The position numbers and the translations under genes were made by a program. A stretch of DNA of 64,000 bases from Acidobacteriota bacterium. Its GTDB lineage: Bacteria; Acidobacteriota; Thermoanaerobaculia; Gp7-AA8. Positions 12,567-22,440 of the stretch are shown here, one piece after another. The notes under the pieces were generated by a model. It was not told where the DNA came from. It was given only the letters and a program-made list of their open reading frames with translations, and did not search any database. The stretch covers positions 32,001-96,000 of the forward strand of contig JAFATB010000025.1 of NCBI GenBank assembly GCA_019244185.1. Reading direction: 5' to 3'. The number at the start of each line of letters is the position of its first letter. Position 1 is the first letter of the stretch.

Positions 12567-14696
12567 ATGTCCGAACGCCTCGTCGGCGTCGTCGAGCGCG
12601 TGCCGCATTACGCGACCGCGACCGGCTTCTGCATCGCCGATGTGCGCGAGCAGGCCGGGGCGCTGGTGCGCGTCGTGGCGACGTGTCCGCCGCTGGAGCC
12701 GGGCGACGAGGTGGAAGTGCTCGGGCGGCACATGGTGCACAACCGCTTCGGGCCGCAGTTCCGCGCCGAGCAGGTGACGCCGCGTCTGCCGGTCGGGCGC
12801 GCCGCCCTCGCCCGCTACCTCGGCTCGGGACGCGTGCGCGGCATCGGTCCCGCGCTCGCGGAGCGGCTGCTCGACGAGTTCGGCGAACACGTTATCGGCG
12901 TTCTCGACGACGCGCCGGAGAAGCTGCTGCGCATCCCCGGCATCGGTCCGAAGAAGCTCGCGCTCATTCGCAAAGGGTGGAGCGAGCAGCGCGACGTCTG
13001 GCGTCTCGCGGCGATGCTGGCCGAGCACGGCATCGGGACGGGACGCGCGGCGCGGATCCAGAAACAATTCGGCGGCGCCGCGATCGCGGTCATCCGCCAG
13101 AATCCCTACCGGCTCGCGCAGGAAGTGCGCGGCATCGGCTTCGCCACGTCCGACGCGATCGCGCAGTCGCTCGGCTTCGATCGTGCGTCGCCGTTCCGCG
13201 TCCGCGCGGGACTGCAGCATCTGCTCGACGAGGCGCGCGGCGCGGGTCACTGCGGCGTGCCGCGCACCAAGCTCGTCGACGAGGCGGTGAAGCTGCTCGA
13301 TGTCGATGCGGCACTCGCGACGTCGGTGCTCGACGACGCGCTCGCGGAGCGCAGCGTCATCGCTGAGACGCTCGAAAATACGACGCTCCTCTTCACGCCG
13401 CGACTCTACGTGGCGGAGACTCGCATCGCCTCGATGCTGCGTGCGCTCGCGTCATCGGAGGCGCCGTTTTCCAGGAACGACATCGACGCGCTCATCGACA
13501 CGGTCGAGAGCGACTTCGTGCTGCCGGACGAGAAGCGCCGCGCGATCGCGCTCGCGCTGACGAATCCCGTCTGCGTCATCACCGGCGGTCCCGGCGTCGG
13601 CAAGACGACGGTCGTCAACGCCATCCTGCAGATCGCGGCGCGCGCGGAGCTCGAGCTCGCGCTCGCGGCGCCGACCGGACGCGCGGCGAAGCGGCTCGCG
13701 CAGCAGACGGGCCATCCCGCGCAGACGATCCACCGGCTGCTCGAGTGGAATCCGGAAGAAGACGGCTTCCAGCGCAACGAGGACCGGCCGCTCGAATGCG
13801 ATCTGCTCGTGATTGACGAAGCGTCGATGTGCGACGTGCTGCTTTTCGAGTCGCTGCTGCGCGCGGTCGACGCCGGCACGTCGCTGCTCATCGTCGGCGA
13901 CGCCGATCAGCTGCCGTCGATCGGTCCGGGGCAGGTGCTGCGCGACATCATCGACTCGGGTACGGTGCCGGTGGCGTCGCTGACGACCGTCTACAGGCAA
14001 TCCGGCGGCAGCGACATCGTCGCGAACGCGCATCGCATCAACCGCGGCACGCTACCCGATCTCGCGAACGCGCCGGAGACCGACTTCTACTTCTTCAGCG
14101 CCGCGACGCCCGAGGCCGCGCGCGAGCGCATCGTGGAGATCGTGGCGGAGCGGATCCCGCGCCGCTTCGGTCTCGATCCGCTGCGCGATGTGCAGGTGCT
14201 CTCGCCGATGCACAAAGGCGCGACCGGCGTCGACGAGCTGAACGCGGCGCTGCAGCAGCGCCTCAATCCCGCGCAGCGCGCCGGACGCCTCGCCTTCGCC
14301 GCGGGCGACAAGGTGATGCAGACGGTCAACAACTACGACAAGGAAGTCTTCAACGGCGACGTCGGCATCGTGCGCGAGATCGGCCGCGACGCGGAGTCGG
14401 TGGTGGTCGACTTCGACCGCGTGCTCGTCGAGTACGTCGCCGACGAGATCGAGCAGCTGACGCTCGCGTACGCGACCACGGTGCACAAGGCGCAGGGCTC
14501 CGAGTTTCCGGCGGTCGTGATCCCGGTCGTGGCCGCGCACTCGATCATGCTGCAGCGCAACCTCCTCTACACCGCCGTGACGCGCGGCCAGAAGCTGGTG
14601 ATCCTCGTCGGCGAGCGCGCCGCCGTCGAGCGCGCCGTGCGCAACGCGAACGCGATGAAGCGCTGGACGCGGCTGCGGCACTGCCTGCGCGGCTAG
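12567..14696 (+). CDS. recD2: ATP-dependent RecD2-like DNA helicase
   Basis: HhH motifs (GIGP), NPY.L, Walker A GGPGVGKTT, DEASM, GD..QLPS, HKAQGSE. Confidence 0.95.
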   Translation: MSERLVGVVERVPHYATATGFCIADVREQAGALVRVVATCPPLEPGDEVEVLGRHMVHNRFGPQFRAEQVTPRLPVGRAALARYLGSGRVRGIGPALAERLLDEFGEHVIGVLDDAPEKLLRIPGIGPKKLALIRKGWSEQRDVWRLAAMLAEHGIGTGRAARIQKQFGGAAIAVIRQNPYRLAQEVRGIGFATSDAIAQSLGFDRASPFRVRAGLQHLLDEARGAGHCGVPRTKLVDEAVKLLDVDAALATSVLDDALAERSVIAETLENTTLLFTPRLYVAETRIASMLRALASSEAPFSRNDIDALIDTVESDFVLPDEKRRAIALALTNPVCVITGGPGVGKTTVVNAILQIAARAELELALAAPTGRAAKRLAQQTGHPAQTIHRLLEWNPEEDGFQRNEDRPLECDLLVIDEASMCDVLLFESLLRAVDAGTSLLIVGDADQLPSIGPGQVLRDIIDSGTVPVASLTTVYRQSGGSDIVANAHRINRGTLPDLANAPETDFYFFSAATPEAARERIVEIVAERIPRRFGLDPLRDVQVLSPMHKGATGVDELNAALQQRLNPAQRAGRLAFAAGDKVMQTVNNYDKEVFNGDVGIVREIGRDAESVVVDFDRVLVEYVADEIEQLTLAYATTVHKAQGSEFPAVVIPVVAAHSIMLQRNLLYTAVTRGQKLVILVGERAAVERAVRNANAMKRWTRLRHCLRG

Positions 14697-14707
14697 AATC
14701 GCAGGAC

Positions 14708-15322
14708 ATGTTCCATCGCCGCCGGCAGCGCGCATTCGTCGCGGCCGCCTACGCCGCGACCGTCTTGTCGGTTGCCGGTCTGTGCGGCACGTTCTCCATC
14801 CCAAACCTCATCGAGGCGGACTTCTGCCGCGCGAGCAGGAAGACGACCGCGCGGATGCACGCCGTCGTGGATTGCCTTGGCGAGCGGAGACCACGGCATG
14901 GGCGCTTTCCCGGCGACCGCGAGTTCGATCTGCGCGCAATCCGCGACGGCTGGAACGGTGTGCTGCGCTACCACGCGTACGCCGACGGCGCGCGTTACGC
15001 GCTCGTGAGCGGGGGCGCGAATCGCCGCATCGATCCCGTGACCGCGGAACTCCTCGCCGCGCCGTCGCCGACGATCGATGTCGAGGGACGACTCGCGCTG
15101 GCGAATCGCATGCGATCGGACGCGCCCGCCGCCGCAAACGGTGACGACCTCGTCGTCGTCGATGGCCGCTTCGTCGCGTATCCCGAGCTTGGCTCCACCG
15201 AGTCCGCACCCTTCGTTTCGCGCTCGGCGCGCATTCAGCGCGCGCGTCGCGTCTCCGTAGCGCTCGGCCTCGTCTTCGGCGCGATGGCCGCCGTGCTCTG
15301 GAAGCTCGGCGGCCCACCGTAA
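14708..15322 (+). CDS. Membrane protein with GspG/T2SSG-like globular motif
   Basis: IPNL after an N-terminal hydrophobic segment; DGWNG.LRY...Y.LVSGGAN motif; C-terminal TM. Confidence 0.5.
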   Translation: MFHRRRQRAFVAAAYAATVLSVAGLCGTFSIPNLIEADFCRASRKTTARMHAVVDCLGERRPRHGRFPGDREFDLRAIRDGWNGVLRYHAYADGARYALVSGGANRRIDPVTAELLAAPSPTIDVEGRLALANRMRSDAPAAANGDDLVVVDGRFVAYPELGSTESAPFVSRSARIQRARRVSVALGLVFGAMAAVLWKLGGPP

Positions 15323-15361
15323 TCGTCAGCGCAATGCGGCGCGGCGTCACGCGCTATCGCG

Positions 15362-16684
15362 TCAGTACTCCCACGCTCCGATCTCGTACGTCCCGCCGCG
15401 CGCCTTGCGCCAGTAATCGACGGTCACGTAGCTGAGCGTGCGGCCGTGATCCTTCGCGGCGGACGTGCTGCCGATCTGATAGTCGGTCGCGAGGAGGCCG
15501 CCGGCGTGCGCGAACGCGGGGTCGCCGATCTGATCGTCGGCGCTGCTGTACGCGGGCGAGCCGGGATTCGCCGTCCAGTTGTTGTTGCGGAAGGTGTTGC
15601 CGGTCGACGTCACGCTGGCCAGCGTCGCGGACGAGCCGGACGGCAACGCGAAGATGTTGTTCTCGATGAGGTTCCCGCTGCTGGCGGTGTCGTTGTCGAT
15701 GTGCAGCGCGTGCGTCGTGGCGTTGTAGACGGTGTTGTTCGCGAAGCGGCAGCTGGTCATGCCGTACGGCTGGCTCTTCCAGTAGCCGAGGCCCCAGTGC
15801 GCGCGCACGACGACGTTGTTGATGACGTCGTTGCCGGAGAGCGCGTGCGTCGAGCCGCTCCCCTCGTTGGCCATGATGATGCCGTCGGCCGGATTGCCGC
15901 TGCGGTAGTAGTCGGCGTCGCCGCTACTATAAACATAGTTGCCGTCGACCTTGGCCGTGCGCGCGTACGTGATGTAAATCCCGGCCGAGTAGTTGTCGAA
16001 GACCTCGTTCCCCGTCACCACGACGCCGTCGGTGTAGCCGACGATGATCCCCTCGCCGTAGTTGCGGAAGACGCGATTGTTCATCACCGTCACGTTGTCG
16101 GCCTTGTCGATGCCGATGGCCTGGGGCCAGCCGCCGCTCGACGAGCGCGCGGAGTTCGAGAGGCAGTTGTGGTAGACGACGTTGCCGGCGATGAGGTCGT
16201 CGTGCACGACGTTGTCGGTGTCGTAGCCGAGGTAGATGCCGTCGTGCTGGTTGTCGTGAATGATGTTGTTCAGCACGCGGCCGTACTGCATGCCCCAGCC
16301 GTCGAAGCCGACCCAGGGTCCGTTGCGGATCTCGAAGCCGATGAAGTCGACGTACGGCGCGCCGACCGCGACGACGTCCGTGCCCGACGCGAGGCCGGTG
16401 CCGTCGAGGATCGCGGTCTCGCCGGGATACGACTGGAAGACGACGCGCGCGGTGCTGCTGCCGCCGTTCCAGATGCCGACGCTGCCCGTGTAAATGCCGC
16501 CGCGCACATAGACGACGTCTCCCGGCAGCACGAAATCCTCCGCCTTGTTGATCGTTGCATAAGGAGTGGTGATGCTGCCGTTGCCGGTCGAGTCACTGCC
16601 GTTCGTCGCGACGTAGAACGTGTTGGCGGAAAGCTGCGCGGCCGCGAGCATCGCGGCGGCGATCAGAAGAGCGATGCGTTTCAT
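15362..16684 (-). CDS. Secreted right-handed parallel beta-helix protein (pectate-lyase-like fold)
   Basis: FYVATNGSDS.GNGS..PYATI, GD.VYVRGG.Y, Asn-ladder repeats, C-terminal D....R....IGAWEY. Confidence 0.85.
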   Translation of the reverse strand: MKRIALLIAAAMLAAAQLSANTFYVATNGSDSTGNGSITTPYATINKAEDFVLPGDVVYVRGGIYTGSVGIWNGGSSTARVVFQSYPGETAILDGTGLASGTDVVAVGAPYVDFIGFEIRNGPWVGFDGWGMQYGRVLNNIIHDNQHDGIYLGYDTDNVVHDDLIAGNVVYHNCLSNSARSSSGGWPQAIGIDKADNVTVMNNRVFRNYGEGIIVGYTDGVVVTGNEVFDNYSAGIYITYARTAKVDGNYVYSSGDADYYRSGNPADGIIMANEGSGSTHALSGNDVINNVVVRAHWGLGYWKSQPYGMTSCRFANNTVYNATTHALHIDNDTASSGNLIENNIFALPSGSSATLASVTSTGNTFRNNNWTANPGSPAYSSADDQIGDPAFAHAGGLLATDYQIGSTSAAKDHGRTLSYVTVDYWRKARGGTYEIGAWEY

Positions 16685-16711
16685 GGGGACGGTCTCCGTG
16701 AGGAAAGTTGG

Positions 16712-18082
16712 TTAGTGTTCGAGCGCGCCCATGTCGGGCGCGCCGTGGCGCGGGCGGCCGAAGTAGTCCGTCGCAATGCCGGGCATCGGCGCCGCGCGGT
16801 CGATGCAGGGCGATCCCTGCTGCAGTTCGAAGCTGGCGGCGCCGCGATTCCCCTCGGGATCGGCGAACTTCGGATCGCCGTGCGTATCCGTCGGGCTGGC
16901 CGCGAGCCACACGCCCGCGGCGGTGCCGCCGTTCCAGTGATTGTGGTGATACGAAACGCCGGTGCCGCTCACCTGCGCGAGCGGCCGTCCTGCGAACCCG
17001 TCGAAGATGTTGTCCGCGATGACGCTGCCGCTGTGGTGGACGTTCGGATCGGAAGCCGAGGCGGGCGTGACGCGGATCGATTCCTCGTGCGAGTGATAGA
17101 AGGTGTTGTGGGCGACGGTCACGTTCTGCAGGCCGCCGCCCTGGTCGTAGTTGCCGTAGTAGAAACCCCAGCGCGCCCACGCCACGATGTTGTTCGTGAT
17201 GGTGAGATCGGTGAGCGGCGTCATGTACTCGTACGTCTCGTTCGCGCAGGCGATGCCGGTGGCCGGCAGTCCGCCGCGATAGAACTTCTCGTCGGACGTG
17301 GCGCTGATGAAGTTGCGGTCGACGCGCGAATGCCGCGCGTTGTCGAGGTAGATCTCGACGCTGTAGTTGTCGTGCAGCTGATTCCCCTGCACGAGGCCGT
17401 GGCTGGAAACGATGAGCGCGATGCCTTCGCCGTAGTTGCGGAAGATGCGATTGCCGACGATCGTCGCGCCGTCGGTGTACTGCGTGCTGACCGACTGCGC
17501 CCAGCCGACACGCATCGCGCGCGGCTCGTTCTCGAGCACGCAGTTCGTGACGGTGTTGTCGCGGAACGTGAGCCGCGCGCTGATGCCGGGCTTCGGCGCG
17601 CCGCCGTAGATGCCCGCGCGGCGGCAGTCGCGCACGATGTTGCCGTCGACGAGGATGTCCTGCGAGCTCCAGACGTTGATGCCGATGAACGACGAGCCGG
17701 CGACCTCGAGGCCGCGCAGCTCGACGAAGCTGCTGCCGTCGAGCGTGATCGCCGCGGCCTGAGCGTTCGTCACGTCGCGGTCGTCGAGGATCGGCCGCTC
17801 GCCGGGATACGCGCGCACGACGATCGGCGTCTGCGCGGTGCCGTGCTTGTCGTGGACGCGAACGGCCTCGCGATAGCGGCCGCCGCGCACGGAGACGGTG
17901 TCCCCCGCGACGGCGCGCGCGGCCGCGGCGGTGATCGTGGCGAGCGGGCGTTCGAGAGTGCCGAGGCCGGCGGAATCGCTGCCGGTCGGCGCGACGTAGT
18001 AGGTCGCCGCGAGAACGCGCCGGGAGAGAAACGTCACCGCGAGAAGGGCGGTGACGCGGGCGAAGCGGAACGCCGTCACCAT
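16712..18082 (-). CDS. Secreted right-handed parallel beta-helix protein, paralog of 15362-16684
   Basis: YYVAPTGSDS..GT..RP..TI; shares IFRNYGEGI/VFRNYGEGI and DNYS..IY with its neighbour; ends DMGALEH. Confidence 0.85.
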   Translation of the reverse strand: MVTAFRFARVTALLAVTFLSRRVLAATYYVAPTGSDSAGLGTLERPLATITAAAARAVAGDTVSVRGGRYREAVRVHDKHGTAQTPIVVRAYPGERPILDDRDVTNAQAAAITLDGSSFVELRGLEVAGSSFIGINVWSSQDILVDGNIVRDCRRAGIYGGAPKPGISARLTFRDNTVTNCVLENEPRAMRVGWAQSVSTQYTDGATIVGNRIFRNYGEGIALIVSSHGLVQGNQLHDNYSVEIYLDNARHSRVDRNFISATSDEKFYRGGLPATGIACANETYEYMTPLTDLTITNNIVAWARWGFYYGNYDQGGGLQNVTVAHNTFYHSHEESIRVTPASASDPNVHHSGSVIADNIFDGFAGRPLAQVSGTGVSYHHNHWNGGTAAGVWLAASPTDTHGDPKFADPEGNRGAASFELQQGSPCIDRAAPMPGIATDYFGRPRHGAPDMGALEH

Positions 18083-18124
18083 CGCCTTCCGTACTGCATT
18101 CCGCGCGCCGGACGCGCCCCGGGT

Positions 18125-18823
18125 TCAGCGCGTTTCTGTTTCGAATTCGCGGACGGCCTGCAGCGACCGCAAGGCGTTCGTGAGCGAGCGTCCGGCGAAT
18201 TCGTCCATGAGGCGCTGCAACCGCGGCGAGCGCTCCGCGCGTGCCTCGTAACGGCGCGCGAGCCAGAGCAGCACGCCCGCCGCGGCGACGCCGAAGAGCA
18301 CGTTCAGGACGAGCCAGAGCACGAACGTTTCGTGCTGCGCGCCGACGGCGCCGAGAATGCGCCACAAATCGACGCCGAAGAATCCCTCGACGAGCACCAC
18401 GAGCACGGGAAACCAGCACACGAGCGAAACCATCATCGTCCAGCGGGTCGTGCGGATGCGGAGAATCCGCAGCTTCCCGAGCTCCTTCTGCACCGTCACG
18501 ACCGGCTGGCTGTAATCGAGACGCGCGAGCGCGGCGAGTTGCCGGATGCAGTTGCCGAGGTACGCGATCGCACCGCAATCGACGAGCAGCGCGGGCACGA
18601 GGAAGCGCGGCTCGCGCAGATGCGTAAACACGAAGTCGCCGAGCCACACGACGGCCACGATTGTCATCAGCAGCTCGAACGCGACGCCGCGGCCGAGCCA
18701 GCGCAGGCTCGCGTGCGTCTTATCCAGTTGCATCGCGCGCACGCGTGCGGCGTCGAGGCGCACGAGCCGGTCGAGCTTTTCGTCGTGTGCGGCGAGGCGC
18801 GCCTTCAGTTCATCGAGATCCAT
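18125..18823 (-). CDS. Multi-TM putative anti-sigma factor
   Basis: About four TM segments; overlaps the 3' end of the ECF sigma gene; starts MDLDELK. Confidence 0.65.
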   Translation of the reverse strand: MDLDELKARLAAHDEKLDRLVRLDAARVRAMQLDKTHASLRWLGRGVAFELLMTIVAVVWLGDFVFTHLREPRFLVPALLVDCGAIAYLGNCIRQLAALARLDYSQPVVTVQKELGKLRILRIRTTRWTMMVSLVCWFPVLVVLVEGFFGVDLWRILGAVGAQHETFVLWLVLNVLFGVAAAGVLLWLARRYEARAERSPRLQRLMDEFAGRSLTNALRSLQAVREFETETR

Positions 18824-19340
18824 GAGCGTCTCCTTCCATCTCTTCCTTCAGTTTGTTTTTGACGCGGTTGATGCGCGTCGCGGCGTTGGTGGCGGTGATG
18901 CCGAGGATCTCCGCGGACTCGGCGTGGCTGTAGCCTTCGATGTAGAGCACGAGCAGCGCGCGACTGAGCTCGTCGAGCTTCGCGACGAGCCGTTGCAGCA
19001 CGCGCACGCCGTCGCCGGCCTCGCCCATCAGCCGGTCGGCCGCGGCGAAGTCGATGAGCTCGACGTCGTCGAGCGGTACGGTCTGCCTCGCGCCGCGGCT
19101 GCTGCCGCGCAGCGAGGAGATCGCGACGTTCATCGCGATGCGGTACATCCACGTCGAGAACTTGAAGCGCTCGTCGTAGCGCGGAAACGACCGCCACAGT
19201 TGCACGACGATCTCCTGCGCGAGATCGCGGCGATCTTCGGCGTTCGCGCAGTACGCGCTCGCAACCTTGTACAGAATCCGCTTGTGCCGTTCGAGCAGCG
19301 TCACGAAGCGTTCATCCACCACTGCGTCCGTCATCAACAT
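18810..19340 (-). CDS. ECF RNA polymerase sigma-70 factor
   Basis: DL.QEI..QLWRS, FSTWMYRIA.N, region 4 EGYS..E.AEILGI. Confidence 0.93.
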   Translation of the reverse strand: MLMTDAVVDERFVTLLERHKRILYKVASAYCANAEDRRDLAQEIVVQLWRSFPRYDERFKFSTWMYRIAMNVAISSLRGSSRGARQTVPLDDVELIDFAAADRLMGEAGDGVRVLQRLVAKLDELSRALLVLYIEGYSHAESAEILGITATNAATRINRVKNKLKEEMEGDAHGSR

Positions 19341-19404
19341 CGAGCCTTCACTGCATGATTCGCTCGGAGGGGCCGAAGTATCACGAGCCCGCTACAATCC
19401 GCGC

Positions 19405-19827
19405 ATGAACAACCCGATCGTGCGCATCGTGGCCGGCATCGTCGCGGGAGCGATCGTGGCGATGGCCGTCATCTTCGGCTTCGAGTCGCTCAACCTCGTG
19501 TTGCATCCGCTGCCGCGCGGGATCGATCTCAGCGATCCGGCCGCGATGAAGGCATTCGCGGCGGCGGCGCCGGCGAGCGCGCTGCTGGTGGTGCTCGCGG
19601 GCTACGTGGTGGGCACGTTCGCGGGCGTGTTCGTGGCGGCGAAGGTGGCGCGCTCGCAGATCGCGGGCATCGTCGTGGCGCTGCTGCTCGTCGCCGCCGG
19701 GATCGTCAACATGCTGACCATTCCGCATCCGGTGTGGTTCTGGGCGTCGTCGCTCAGCGCGTACGTGGTGATGGCGTGGGCGGCGCTCGTCGCGGCGCGG
19801 ACGCGCGGCGCGGCGCTTGCGGCATAA
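19405..19827 (+). CDS. Hypothetical four-TM membrane protein
   Basis: Hydrophobic segments; N...IPHP.WF motif. Confidence 0.75.
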   Translation: MNNPIVRIVAGIVAGAIVAMAVIFGFESLNLVLHPLPRGIDLSDPAAMKAFAAAAPASALLVVLAGYVVGTFAGVFVAAKVARSQIAGIVVALLLVAAGIVNMLTIPHPVWFWASSLSAYVVMAWAALVAARTRGAALAA

Positions 19828-19837
19828 TCCGCCGCGC

Positions 19838-20665
19838 ATGACTCGACCGATCGAAATCGCGCCCGGACTCTCGTTCGGCGGCGACCATCCTCCGCTGTTC
19901 ATCGCCGGCCCGTGCGTAATCGAGTCGCTCGACCACGCCCTGCGCATGGCCCGCACGCTCGTCGCGCTGCGTGACCAACTCGGCATCTCGCTCGTCTTCA
20001 AGTCGTCGTTCGACAAAGCGAACCGCTCGTCGATCGAGTCGTTCCGCGGACCGGGACTGGAGGAAGGGCTGAAGGTGCTGCGCGCGGTGAAAGAAGAAAC
20101 GGGATTGCCGCTGCTGTCGGACGTTCACGAGCCGTGGCAGGCGGAGCCCGCCGCGGAAGTCCTCGACATCCTCCAGATCCCGGCGTTCCTCTGCCGTCAG
20201 ACCGATCTCGTCGCCGCGGCCGCGCGGACGGGTAAGGCCGTCGGCGTGAAGAAGGGACAGTTCCTCTCGCCCGAGGAGACGAAGAACATTCTCGAGAAAG
20301 GCGCGGAAGTCGGGAACGAGAAGATCTTCATCACGGAGCGCGGCAGCTCGTTCGGCTATCAGAACCTCGTCGTCGACATGCGCGCGTTTCCGATCGTGCG
20401 CGGGTTCGGCGCGCCGGTGGTCTACGACATCACGCACTCGATGCAGAAGCCGGGCGGCGAAGGGAAGCAGACCGGCGGCACGCCGCAGTTCGCGCGTCCG
20501 CTGGCGCGCGCGGCGGCGGCGGCGGGAGCGGACGGCTTCTTCATGGAAGTGCACGACGATCCTCCGCACGCGCTGTCGGACCGCACGACGCAGATCCGTC
20601 CCGACGCCGCGCGCGCGATCATCGAGGACGTGTTGAAGATCCGCGCGGCGCTCGAGCCGATCTGA
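19838..20665 (+). CDS. kdsA: KDO 8-phosphate synthase
   Basis: IAGPCVIES, KSSFDKANRSS, QIPAFLCRQTDL, KKGQF motifs. Confidence 0.98.
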   Translation: MTRPIEIAPGLSFGGDHPPLFIAGPCVIESLDHALRMARTLVALRDQLGISLVFKSSFDKANRSSIESFRGPGLEEGLKVLRAVKEETGLPLLSDVHEPWQAEPAAEVLDILQIPAFLCRQTDLVAAAARTGKAVGVKKGQFLSPEETKNILEKGAEVGNEKIFITERGSSFGYQNLVVDMRAFPIVRGFGAPVVYDITHSMQKPGGEGKQTGGTPQFARPLARAAAAAGADGFFMEVHDDPPHALSDRTTQIRPDAARAIIEDVLKIRAALEPI

Positions 20666-20678
20666 GGCGTTCTTCATC

Positions 20679-22367
20679 GTGAAAGCGCGCTACGTCGCCG
20701 GCCTGCTCGTCGCGCTGTTCGCGCTGCTCACGCTGCTCGATCGCTTCGTCCTCATCGAGCTGCTCGTACGGCGCGTGTCGCTGCCGCTGCTGTTCGCGTG
20801 CGTGGCGGCGGTCGCGTGCATCGGCGTCGGCGCACTGGCGCGGCGCGCGGCGCGCGTCGATCTCGCGCTCGATTTTCTGATCGGCTATCCGCTGTTCGGC
20901 GCGCTCTGTTTTCTCGTCGCGCTGCTGAAGATCTCGGCGTGGACGATGGCGCCGCTGCTCATCGTCGGCGCGCTCGCCGGCGTGCGGCTGATGCTCGTGC
21001 CGGGACTCGCGCCGCTCGCGCTGCCGCGCGGCAACGCGGCGCTCCTCGCGATCGTGGCGGTGTTCGCATGCGCGTTCGTTGCGGCGCAGGCGCCGCCGGC
21101 GTCGCTCGACGAGGTGGCGTATCACCTCGCCGTGCCGCACACGTGGGCGCTGGAAGGGCGCGCGGTCGAGCTGCCGCTGCTGTCGCATTCGTACTTTCCG
21201 CTCGGCATCGAGTCCGCCGACCTTCCCTTTTTCGCGTTCGGCGACGACGGCGTCGCCTCGCATCTGCTGCATCTCTTCGCCGCGATCGTCGTCGCGCTGC
21301 TGCTCGCGCGCAGGACGGAGTCGTGGCTCGCGGTGGCGGCCATCGTGACGACGCCCGCGCTCGCGGTGACGGCCGGCTGGTCGCTGGTCGACTGGCCGCT
21401 GGTCGGACTCTTTCTCGCGCTCTGGCTCGCGGATGACGACTGGACCGCGTCCGCCGCGACCGCCGCGGGGCTGCTCGTGAAGTACACGTTCGCGCCGTTC
21501 GCGCTCGTGGTGTGGGCGATCCGCCGCCGCGTTCCGCGTTGGATCGCGTTCGCGGGCCTCGTGTTCTTCGTCCGCAATCTCGTGCTCACCGGCAATCCGA
21601 TCGCGCCGTTCTTCAGCGCCGGTGCGCCCGCGGTCACGCACTTCCGCGACGTCGCGCTCGCCGACTACGTTTTCTCCGGCACGTTCCTCGACGAATCGAT
21701 CGGCGCGTGCCTCCTCGCGCTGGCGCCGTTCGCCGCCGGCATCATCCCGCTCGCCGTCCTTGCACTCGCGATCGCACTCTTTCTCCTCGGACCCTCCTCG
21801 CGCATTCTCGTGCCGTACCTCGTCGTCCCCGCCGCGAGCGGCGCGCCGGCGTTGCAGCGGCGGCTGCTGATGATCGTGGTGTCGGTCGCCGTCGTCGTGC
21901 AGACGTTCTTCGTGGTCTGGTTCACCGCGCGCGGCGATGCGTTCTCGCTGCTCGCCGGCGGGAAATCGGAAGAGGAGTATCTGCGGCGGCAGCGGCCGTC
22001 GTACGCGGCGACGGAGTGGCTGAACACCGTGCTGCCGCCGCATTCGCGCACGCTCGTCATCGGCTCGGGCGAGACGTACTGGTTCACGCGACGCGTGCGC
22101 GGCGGCGGCAACTTCGACGGCGCGCGCGTGTCGCGCTATCTCGACGTGCCGACGGCGGAAGCGCTGCGCGAACGGCTGCGCCGCGACGGCATCACGCACG
22201 TGGCCGTGCTTTCCGTGAGCGCGCCGGCGACGAAGGACGAACGCAAAGAAGAAGAGCGCGACACGACGCTCTCGCCCAACGCGCAGAAATTGCTCGTGCG
22301 GATGCTCGACCAGAACGCGGCGAGCCTGATGTCGCGCGGCAACGCGACGCTGTTCACGCTGCGCTAG
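20679..22367 (+). CDS. Polytopic membrane protein, probable GT-C glycosyltransferase
   Basis: Many TMs; D...YHL..P loop motif; RN...TGNP..PF motif. Confidence 0.6.
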   Translation: MKARYVAGLLVALFALLTLLDRFVLIELLVRRVSLPLLFACVAAVACIGVGALARRAARVDLALDFLIGYPLFGALCFLVALLKISAWTMAPLLIVGALAGVRLMLVPGLAPLALPRGNAALLAIVAVFACAFVAAQAPPASLDEVAYHLAVPHTWALEGRAVELPLLSHSYFPLGIESADLPFFAFGDDGVASHLLHLFAAIVVALLLARRTESWLAVAAIVTTPALAVTAGWSLVDWPLVGLFLALWLADDDWTASAATAAGLLVKYTFAPFALVVWAIRRRVPRWIAFAGLVFFVRNLVLTGNPIAPFFSAGAPAVTHFRDVALADYVFSGTFLDESIGACLLALAPFAAGIIPLAVLALAIALFLLGPSSRILVPYLVVPAASGAPALQRRLLMIVVSVAVVVQTFFVVWFTARGDAFSLLAGGKSEEEYLRRQRPSYAATEWLNTVLPPHSRTLVIGSGETYWFTRRVRGGGNFDGARVSRYLDVPTAEALRERLRRDGITHVAVLSVSAPATKDERKEEERDTTLSPNAQKLLVRMLDQNAASLMSRGNATLFTLR

Positions 22368-22381
22368 TAAGACGCTCGCGC

Positions 22382-22420
22382 AAAAACAAAAGCGGCAGGC
22401 GACGCATCGCCTGCCGCTTC
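22382..22420 (-). terminator. Intrinsic terminator of metK
   Basis: AAGCGGCAGGCGA/TCGCCTGCCGCTT stem followed by TTTTGTTTTT on the minus strand. Confidence 0.85.
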
Positions 22421-22440
22421 GAAACGTTTGCGAAATTACG

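Noticed and set aside
12567-14696. RecD2 plus upstream hypothetical gene as an anti-phage defence system
   Set aside because: RecD2 has the ordinary architecture, and the neighbour shows no nuclease or other defence motif.
15446-18862. 1138-aa plus-strand ORF and similar long ORFs (22537-25077, 44921-47569, 39662-41956, 33963-36143, 25470-27734)
   Set aside because: Antisense shadows of clear genes; long stop-free frames are expected in high-GC DNA.
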